The position numbers and the translations under genes were made by a program. A stretch of DNA of 64,000 nt from NCBI GenBank assembly GCA_016748015.1, contig JAAOMT010000445.1, positions 124,001 to 188,000 of the forward strand, in the 5' to 3' direction. Position 1 is the first letter of the stretch; every line of letters begins with the position of its first letter. This stretch comes from Geosiphon pyriformis uo1 (Eukaryota > Fungi > Glomeromycota). Of the stretch, positions 12,693 to 21,996 are shown piece by piece. The notes under the pieces are model-generated. The model saw only the letters and a list, made by a program, of their open reading frames with translations. It had not been told where the DNA came from and ran no database searches.

Positions 12693-13554
12693 TATTACTC
12701 ATAGAAATATAAGAAATATATTAACATAATTATTAGCCAATTAGAAGTAAGCGTAGTAAATGTGAAATTTCAGGATTCCTCTCAGGAATTGCAGGATTCC
12801 AAGAATTCTAGGATTCCCTGACAAAGAATTGCAGAATTCCAGAATTTCAGGATTTCTCTCAAAGGAATTGCAGGATTCCAGGAATTCCAAAATTCCTGTC
12901 ATTAAGAATTGAGAAATTGAGAAATCCCAATTATGTATATATAGTGGTAGTATTAGAAACAGAAAAGACAGAATTGATATTACAGAATCCTTAGCCAAGA
13001 AACAAAATCATCAAATAAATAATTATTCTATATCTCAATTCACTCTCCACTATCAACACTTCATGTTGATAGTAATTGATACTTAACTACACTGGAACAA
13101 TAGCTCTTGATCACGGCTATTGACGGAATACTAATCTGCCAAACTGCCTGAACTTATTTCTTTTCTTTCTTTATTTTCTTTTATTTTTCTTTATTTTTAT
13201 TTTCTTTTGTTGTTTACTAATTGAGTAAAAGGATTAAGTGCTGAGTTATTGACGTCAAAAATAGTCTGGTAAAAGATCCAGAAATAAGGGTAGAATTTTA
13301 TATATTATCGAATAGCTTACCAAAAGGGCACAACTGCCAAACTAAATCCGGCCACCACACTGAGAAAGAAATTGGGAAAACTCTTGGAAAAATACATCTA
13401 CTATTGACACTATTGAATCTCTGTCCATTATACAAAGAACTTCATCAAAATCTTCAGATATAATATCTTCAGAACATCATTAACAGAAGTAGCTTCTGAG
13501 CACCAAGTTACAGGTTGTTATTTACTTCAACAGCAAAAAAAATCCCCTGTAACA
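12693..13554 (+). repeat. 5' LTR of A; U3 array of GGAATTCC/GGATTCC/GGAATTGCA units (~12760-12925), TATA ~12935
   Basis: Direct repeat of 21997-22858; termini tattac (decayed TGTTAC)...tgtaaca. Confidence 0.95.
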
Positions 13555-13556
13555 TC

Positions 13557-13573
13557 TGGTGCTCTCTGTGAGG
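13557..13573 (+). promoter_or_regulatory. Primer binding site TGGTGCTCTCTGTGAGG, probably elongator tRNA-Met
   Basis: 2 nt after the LTR; complement CCTCACAGAGAGCACCA has the T-stem + acceptor pattern of eukaryotic elongator tRNA-Met (tRNA-Ile(UAU) is an alternative); decayed copies at 26445 and 38835. Confidence 0.75.
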
Positions 13574-15790
13574 TATAATCCTACAGAGAACCAGCATTGA
13601 CAACACCAAACCAAAAGTGGCAGAATCAGAAAATATAGGAGCAAACCATTTAGAATTTGCAAAATCTTTATTTTAACACTATTGTTAATACTTGGAATTA
13701 AACCACAATCATATATCCACTGAATCAGCCTTCAATTTCTATGTCAACAAAAAAATTTCCTCTTTATTAGAAACACCAGTAAATACTGAATCAGCAAGAG
13801 AAACTTTCTATAAGGAATTAATTTAAAACACCAACCTACTAACAAATCATAATTTTGCATCTATCATTACTAAGATCAACAAAGAAATTGAACATCACAC
13901 TCAACAAAGATATCCAATTACATATGCTAATAAAGGCAAGGGAAAATTACAAACACCAGCAGTAACACCCAGAAAAATACAGCCACCTGCTTGGAAGAAA
14001 AACAGAGTTGAATCTCCAAACAACCCATCCTATCACTATACACCTGGAAATGCCATCAACATATCATTAACAAACATGTTCCCATCAACTGCAACATTAG
14101 CATTTGGATGATTCCCATTCCAAAATAGACAAAAAAAAACAGAATTGTTAGGACCATACGGCGAATACTTTGAAGGATTTAATTCACAATCATCAACCTC
14201 ATCAGGACTTTGATCACCACCGCCTCTACCAGATTTCAGAATCTTTGATCCATGGGAAGCAGCGGAATCAGAAAAAAAGGAAGAAGAATCAGAGGATCAA
14301 GAATTCACTTACCAGTGCCTGATTACTGAAAACCTGGAAGTTGAAACCCCAAATTTTCAAACTTAGCAAAATCCAAATCTAGAAAATTCAGAAATCGAAA
14401 CTCCGAATCATCAAAGGCAGAACAATTCAAATCCTGAATTAATTAATCAGCAAAACTTACCTCCGGTAATTGTCATCAATCAACTGCCAATTAATCCCAT
14501 AGCTGAACCCATACAGCAGCCACTTCAACTACCACCCCAACAACCAGTACAACAACAACTGCTTCAACAGCCATCTCAACTACCTAACTTAGATCCAATG
14601 GCCTACGCACCAATCGCAAAACTTGACAACTTTATTGGCGAAGAGGATGACGCTCAAGTATGACTGAATGATGTAGAAAAGGCCATTGCAGCCAATGAAT
14701 GAAATAACGCTCGAGCAATGCAAGCCATTCCCTACTTTTTCAAGAATACTGTCAGTTCATGGTACTAGAGCTTGATTAATAAACCACAAGATTTTAATGC
14801 CTTTAAAGCAAAATTCCTAAGATACTTCAGTAACAATAACATTATCAATCATTTAGTCAATACATTCACCACCATAAAACAAAGAGAAACTGAAGCAGTT
14901 ACCACTTACCTGGAATGCTTCCATCAAAACCTATGCCAAATTCAAGCAATTAACACTAACTATTTCACAGCACCACAGATATTCAATCAGTTTATCCATG
15001 GCCTGCATAGCAGCATCTTATAACATATACATCCATTGCATACAAGTACCCTTCAAGATGCAGTTACACACACCAAAGATTTTGAATCTGCTGAGTCAGA
15101 GGCTAATCACACCCAAGCTGTTAATCTAGTAATGAACAGATCATCTGAATTGGATTCCAAATTGGAAAAGTTCAGTGAATCAATTAATAAGAGATTGGAA
15201 GGATACTTAGCTGACAATCATGCCATTTATCAGTCTCCACAACGACGCAATAATCAAGGAAACTCTAATTGTGCTCAAAATCAGCCATGTCCATCTTTAT
15301 CAACCAATCAATAGTGGCAACAAGAGACACATATCTGCCACTATTATGGTAAACAAGAACACATCTAAATTGACTGTTGCCAGCATTTAAATAACCAACA
15401 ATCAGGAAATCAATATTGAAACCCTGATTGCCAGTTTCAAACTCCGAATCAGTACCCAAATCAAAACCAACCCATTTACCTACCAGTGATGCAGTCATCC
15501 ATCTATCAGTCTCTGGTGTACCAAGCTTCAATCTATCAACCACAGCCACAAGTGATTTATCAACAACCACAGCCACAAATAATCTATCAACTCCAACAAA
15601 TCCAAACACCGTCCCAAAGCTTACCACCCAACAGAACCCAAAGACCGAGAATAACTCAACAGAGCTGGAGATCAGTGATAGTAGTCCATTAACTGATCCC
15701 CAGTTCTTCACAGCAATCATCTGGATTACGCCAGCGGAATTCGGGTACCAGTCAAACCCAAAACCCGAATTCCCAGAACTATTTAAGTCT
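13572..15790 (+). pseudogene. A gag: long N-terminal and Q/P-rich region, retrotransposon gag core, one CCHC knuckle
   Basis: MAYAPIAKLDNF.GEEDDAQVW..; FLRYFS..TIKQ.ETE.VTTY..F; C-x2-(C)-x4-H-x4-C near 15335-15378; same frame as pol. Confidence 0.85.
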
Positions 15791-15984
15791 CTTGGTTACC
15801 CCAGAAGATGCCTCAACCAATAACCTGGCATTCGCCCAAAAACAACCACTCACCAGTAATATCCCACCTGCTACTATCACTGAAGACGAGTCCTTGGCTA
15901 CTATCTTCCCATTTGAATTCGAAGAAACAGTTGCAATGCTATTATTTAATGGAGCCGCTCTTGAAGCCAAACCAATCACCACAA

Positions 15985-16350
15985 TGTACACTGACACCAA
16001 AGTCAAGGGACAATCCATTAAATTAATCCTTGACAGTGGTTCAGCAGACAGTATCATCACATGGCAACTCATGGAACAATTAAGTTGCTGAGTTGATCGA
16101 GCTGCTAGTGCTAGAATCATCACAGCTGATAGAGCGACCAAAACTCCAATTGGCAAAATTGACGACTTCCCTTTCAAAGTCAATGGCATCGTAACTCTCA
16201 TTAAAGTTCTAGTGATGGAAGCCACTCAATATTAAGCTCTCATTGGTAATGACTGGCTATTCAAAGTCAATGCGACATTAGACTGGAACATCCAGAAACT
16301 TCAGCTAACATATTAGGGCCAACACATATGTGTACCAGCCACATGTGACC
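15985..16350 (+). pseudogene. A aspartic protease
   Basis: ILDSGSADSIIT active site; ALIGNDWL. Confidence 0.9.
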
Positions 16351-17599
16351 ACTTCAAGACTCCTTCAAGAGAGAAACTATTGATCGAACTGGAGGAGAAG
16401 AAAGAGAAACCTACTTGGGAAGCCTATCAAGTGTCATGGGCTGATAAAGAGCACAATGAACTGCTGCCAATACTCCTCTGGGATGACAATGACAATGGAA
16501 AAGGGAAACAAAAGGAAGAACTTATCTGGGAAATTAATGACTTGACCTGGACCAACAACAACGAGAGCAAACTGACTTCAAGCTGGGATTGGAAAGAAAA
16601 CAAAGAAGAAAAGGGAAAAGGGAAAAGGGAAAGAGAGGGAAGAAGAAAACACTCAAGCCAATAATACTTATATCCCATACACCTATGGTTAACAACAATC
16701 ATCGATCTATTGCCGACCCAAACTAATATGCATTGATTGTGGCAAGAAATTGTCATCAATAGGTACATGCTGTGGTGACGACAAAGAATATCAGATGGCA
16801 ACCAAGTTCTATTGCCACACATGCCATATCAAACGTTTTGGAAGACCAAAACGAATGGGAAAATGGGAAAATGGGATAATATGCCATATATAGTCTGTGG
16901 AAAAACTCTCCTGGATGAAAGGATGTGGAATGACATTCCAGAATGTGGAGGAACGTGTGACGTATTGTGTCAATACATGATTCTAATAAGTGACTGGGTA
17001 AGGAAAGGAACACCAATAGAAGCAGTCTGGAGAAAAGCCGTACAGTGACTGGACAGTTGTCCACATGATGATGATGAAATTTGGCGAATGACACTCGCCA
17101 AAATCAAAGAGGCATTGTCTAAAGAAATAAAAACAATTAAAGACAACCCCCCAGAATCTTTAGAGCTTGACTGGGATGCAGAACCTATCATAAATCTCCT
17201 AGATCCAGAACAATTTCACGAACACTACCAAGAATTAGCACCCACAAGAGAAGAACAAGAACAACGATTAGAGCAGTTGAATGCTCAACTATGTTAACAC
17301 TGCCTAATTCCCTGTAACTTCCAGTATTGTGATGAATGTGACCTCATTTACAATCTATCACCATGCATAATCTATATGATCCCTGAAGAAGAAGAACCAA
17401 TCAGCAGATGTGCATCAGAATCGAAATCAATTTTCAATCCCAATTCAAACTCCGACAACGATGATGATGAAAACAACGGTTCCAGCTCCGTTCAATATGA
17501 CAACAACAACAATACCAATTCTAACTCAAATTCAAACTCCAATTTAAACTATGAACAATACATTGCATTACCAGATCTCTTCAAGAAACAAGAGTTGAA

Positions 17600-18020
17600 A
17601 TGGTATAGTGACAATGGGAAAGGTATTATGCCAGAACATGTGCATGATACAGACACAGGGTTTAATCTGAGATATCCAGGAAAAAATGCCATTAAATTAG
17701 AACTGCATTCACGCACCTGCATTGATCTGAAAATAGCACTAGAAATTCCAGCAACAACAATGGTTCAACTAGCATTTAGGAGTAGTTTAGTGAAAAGAGG
17801 GATCAATATAAGAGGAAGAATAATTGATGTGGGATATGTAGAAAATATCATCACTATGCTACAAAATGACTCAGAAAAGGCCTATATAATAGAGCCCAAC
17901 AAAAAGATAGCATAGGCAATATTCCTGCCTCTGGTTAGAATAGCTCAGTTAGTATCAGTGGGAAAGAGAAAGGAATTAGGAATAACAGCAAGAGAAATAC
18001 AAGGATTTGGATCAACAGAT
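17600..18020 (+). pseudogene. A trimeric dUTPase domain
   Basis: All five motifs recognisable from the A/C consensus: D(A)GF(D)L, RSSL, (G)IID.GY, KIA(Q)AIF, RGIQGFGS. Confidence 0.9.
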
Positions 18021-18559
18021 AGAATAGATGTATCAGTTAATATGGTGGAGGAAGAAATTGTTGGCCAAGGAGAAATTATCTCAACTGGTCAAGCTATTTC
18101 CATTCCACCATATAGCCAGTACATGCTAGCAATAGGAAGGAAAGAAAAGGAGCAAGGACAAATTTTTGAAGCTGAAGCAAACCTTTGTAAATCAGGAGAG
18201 ATTGGGTTGATCAATCTCCACATACCAGCCAAAAGCTATAGCAGCATAAAAATTTCCATTTAAAACAACACTGGCAATGTCATCAACATACCAGGAGAAA
18301 CCACCATCGAATATTTAACCACAGAAATAGAAAACCAATCACCAAATCCCATTCCAGACTTTCCACAACTTTGTGAATATGTTGACATCACATCACAAAC
18401 AATCTATGAACGAGATGAATGTTATTTGCTCCAACCAGAACAATTGGGACAAATGAACATAGGAAACTTAGATCCATTTCAATGTATGCAGCTCAAGATG
18501 TTACTTAACAATTTCAATGACATTTTTGCCAGCGAAAATGAGTTTGGCTGAACTAACAT

Positions 18560-19853
18560 CATCCAGCATCAGATCAAGACTAGAGATGCAATGCCAATCA
18601 AACAAAGAGCATACAGAGTGCTGCTAGCCAGCCATAAAATTATTCATCAAGAGATAAACAGAATGCTTGACAATGGGCTAATCCAACTATCAATAAGACT
18701 ATAGTCATCATCAGTGGTACTCGTCTGTAAAAAGAATGGAAAAATCTGGTTTTGTGTAGACTACAAAAAACTTAATAGTGTAACTCATGGAGACAATTAT
18801 CCAACTCCACGAATACAGGAATTATTTGACACTTTCGGTGGGAACAAATGGTTCTCAACATTAGATTTGGACAGTGGTTACTGGCAAGTAGTCATGAATC
18901 CAACTGACAAAAAAAAGACAGCATTTACTACTAGAGAAGAGAATTTCGAATTTGAAGTGATGCCATTCGGCTTAACCAATGCCCCAGCAACTTTCCAATG
19001 GCTAATGGAAATTGTTTATACTGGCTTATTGTGGAAATCAGTAGTTGTATACTTGGACAACACCAATGTATTCTCAAAAATGTTTGATGATCATCTTCAT
19101 CATCTTTAACAACTGTTCAAAAGACTAAGAAGAGCAGGATTAAAGTTAAATGCAACAAAGTGCTTCTTTGACAAGACAGAACTAAAATTTTTGGGACACA
19201 TAGTCAGCAAAGATGGCATCAAAATAGATCCAAAGAAAATAGAGATAGTAAAGAACTTTCCAGTGCTGACCAATATAACAGAACTGAAATCATTCTTGGG
19301 ATTCACCAGCTACTATTAACATTTTATCAAGAACTTTTTCAAGATAGCGCAGCCACTCAACCAACTGCAAAACAAAGATACAAAATATAAATGGACCAAA
19401 AGTCAACAAGAAGCTTTTGATATTCTAAAAAGAAAGCTTATACAAGCTCTAGTACTGATCTATCCAGATTACAGCAAACCATTCATCATCACCACGGATG
19501 CATCCAGCCAGGCATTAGGAACAGTACTATCTCAGAGAGGACCAGACAGCAGAGAACATTCAGTGGCATATGCCAGCAGAGGTTTAATACTGGCCAAAAA
19601 GAACTATGGAACACCGGAAAAAGAACACTTAGCAATATACTGGTCAGTTATGAAATGGAAAAAATATTTGAGCCAGAAGTTTAAGATGTACACAGATCAC
19701 AAAGGATTAACATCACTTCAAAAACAAAAATTTGGAAATAGAAGACAGTTAAAATGGAAAATAGCACTCGCACCATATAAGTATATTATATATTATAAAA
19801 AAGGAAAAGACAATGGAAATGCGAATGGTTTATTGCAAATGAGACAAATCTAA
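18560..19853 (+). pseudogene. A reverse transcriptase + RNase H, ending at TAA 19851-19853
   Basis: [36 protein letters not shown] (YLDD in C), FLGHIVS, TDAS, AYASR, YTDH. Confidence 0.95.
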
Positions 19854-19916
19854 AAACATTTCAACCCAAAAATATAACAAAACCAGAACAATACCAATGG
19901 AAAAATACAACAAAAG

Positions 19917-21299
19917 ATGAACATACAAAAATATCAACAATTGCAACATTATATAAACACTCAACAGTTCAAGGAGAAGTTATCTTAAACAGAACAAAAG
20001 AGTATCAAACAACAGTCAAAATATTTTATCACTCACCAAAATATACTTTATTAGAAAAATAGAAGGGATCCAGATCAACCAACCAGAGTAATTACGGAGC
20101 CAAAAAAAGAGACAATATTATTCAACATGTATTCAAATCCAACAGCAGGACATTTTCACAAAAAAGCAACCATAGAAAGAACCAGAAAGAGATACTATTG
20201 GCCATTAATGTACCCAGACATCATTTAATATGTTCAAAATTGTGATGCTTGTCAGCGAAGAGGAGGAACAAGATCCAGTGAACCATTAAGACCAATCAAA
20301 GTGGGACAACCATTTGACTGTATTGGAATTGATTTAATCAGACCATTAACAATCACCAGCAGAGGAAACAGATACATAGCGGTAGCTATGGACTATCTCA
20401 CTAAATGGCCAGAAGCAAAAGCAATTCAAAGAGCAGATGCAGAATCCATTGCCGAATTCATTCATCAGAATTTGATTTGTTGACATGAATGTCCAAAAGA
20501 ATTATTATCAGACCAAGGAACTTATTTTGTGAACAGAACATTAACAGAATTGAGCCAAAGATTCGGAATCAAGAGACCATTATCATCACCATACCATCCA
20601 CAAACCAACGGATTAGTAGAAAGATTCAATAGAACACTGTGTGAAACAATAGCTAAGCTTAGCCAAGAAAACCAGAACGATTGGAATTTGTTCATATCAT
20701 CAATACTATTTGCTTATCAGACAATGAAACAAGATACTACACGAGCAACACCATTTGAATTAGTATATGAGAGAACAGCAATGTTACCAGTAGAGAGAGA
20801 AATTAATACATATCCAGCTAAACCAATAACAGAAGAAAATTTTCAAGAAACCTTGCTAAAAAGAACATATGACTTAATGGAAACATTGGAAAACAAATGA
20901 AAAAGAGCAGCTGATAATATTCAAAAGTTACAAGAAAAACAGAAAAAAAGACACAATAGTCAACTATCAGACAAACCAGTTAAATTCAAGATTGGAGACA
21001 AAGTATTACTACATCATACCAAAGTAGAAAAACAATGAAGTAGAAAATTTGACTCCAAATGGGACAGACCATTTTACATAGAAGAAATTCTGGAAAATAG
21101 AGCTTACAAATTAAGATTGAATAACAAAATTTTAACCAAAGCAGCACATGGAGATTGACTGAAGCCATATTGCAACATCACGTTACCATCTACCAGTAAT
21201 ATTCCACAATTAGGAGTACAGAGAATACTAGTCTGACCAGATGAGATTTCATGAGATCTGGAACCAATCGTTATTATCAACAACAACACATTAAATTGA
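19917..21299 (+). pseudogene. A integrase (HHCC, DDE core, GPF-type C-terminus; no chromodomain seen)
   Basis: H..PTAGH..CDAC, IGIDL, DYLTKWPEA, SDQG, YHPQTNGLVERFN; in-frame ATG at 19917. Confidence 0.92.
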
Positions 21300-21323
21300 T
21301 CAATCAAAAGAATATATAAAGAC

Positions 21324-21983
21324 ATGGTAAATGTGACAGAAAATATCAGAAAAATAGAAATTATAGACAACATTCACACACTAGCACAACAATTCTTTCA
21401 ATTAATCCAACACCAGGAAATGGAGATTACAATCAATCAACAAACCATTTGATATTAAGATACTAGAAAGACATTGCAACTCAGAACACTAAAGAAAACT
21501 GAAAATACGGTGGACAAAATCATGGCAAAAGTAAAATTAACAATAAAAAAATTGACAAAAGAGTCACTATATTAAGAGTTGACTAAAGAAACTTGGAATT
21601 GGTAGATACAACAATTTCCACGAAACTATTGTTATTTTTACTTAAGACAACATGTAAATATCCAGAATCTATATACAGATAAAACAAAGCAATTATTCGA
21701 CAAAAGAATACTACAACAATTAGAACATTTTGTGGGAAAAAACAACTTATCCACACAAGCCTGAACCATATATCAAATACGCACAGCATTTCAAGATAAA
21801 CCAGAAATATTGCTCAGCAAAGCAATAGATATAGTTACCAATAATCAATTGAGAAAAATCACCAATGTTCAATTTGAAGAATTACAGACCCAAATAACAC
21901 AAGTAATTCTCGAAAACAAAATTCAGGAAATACTTCAAGAAGGGGAATTACATAAGTTAGATTTTGACGGAGCTCAATATTAA
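21324..21983 (+). pseudogene. A extra 3' ORF (ORF3, 219 codons, unknown function)
   Basis: ATG 21324 to TAA 21981-83 overlapping the PPT; same 660-bp length and homologous translation in C (46688-47347). Confidence 0.8.
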
Positions 21984-21996
21984 AAAGAGGGAATAA

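Noticed and set aside
13063-13077. ATG TTG ATA|GTAATT as the splice donor supplying the gag start
   Set aside because: The GT is not conserved in B or C; those bases covary with the hairpin partner instead
13230-13460. Protein-like open frame in U5 (VIDVKDSLVKDP..GHHAEK)
   Set aside because: Conserved blocks fall in different frames in A and C and there is no start codon; better explained as RNA structure
15428-15823. Overlapping S/T-rich ORF open in both A and C (40697-41191)
   Set aside because: Shadow frame of CAA/CCA-rich gag; C>T creates stops mainly in the true frame, and both start at TTG, not ATG
20986-21373. Antisense ORFs of equal length in A and C (46350-46737), and antisense ORFs over U3 arrays (12741-12998, 22045-22302, 38026-38226)
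   Set aside because: By-products of homologous sense sequence and stop-poor repeats; no independent coding signal
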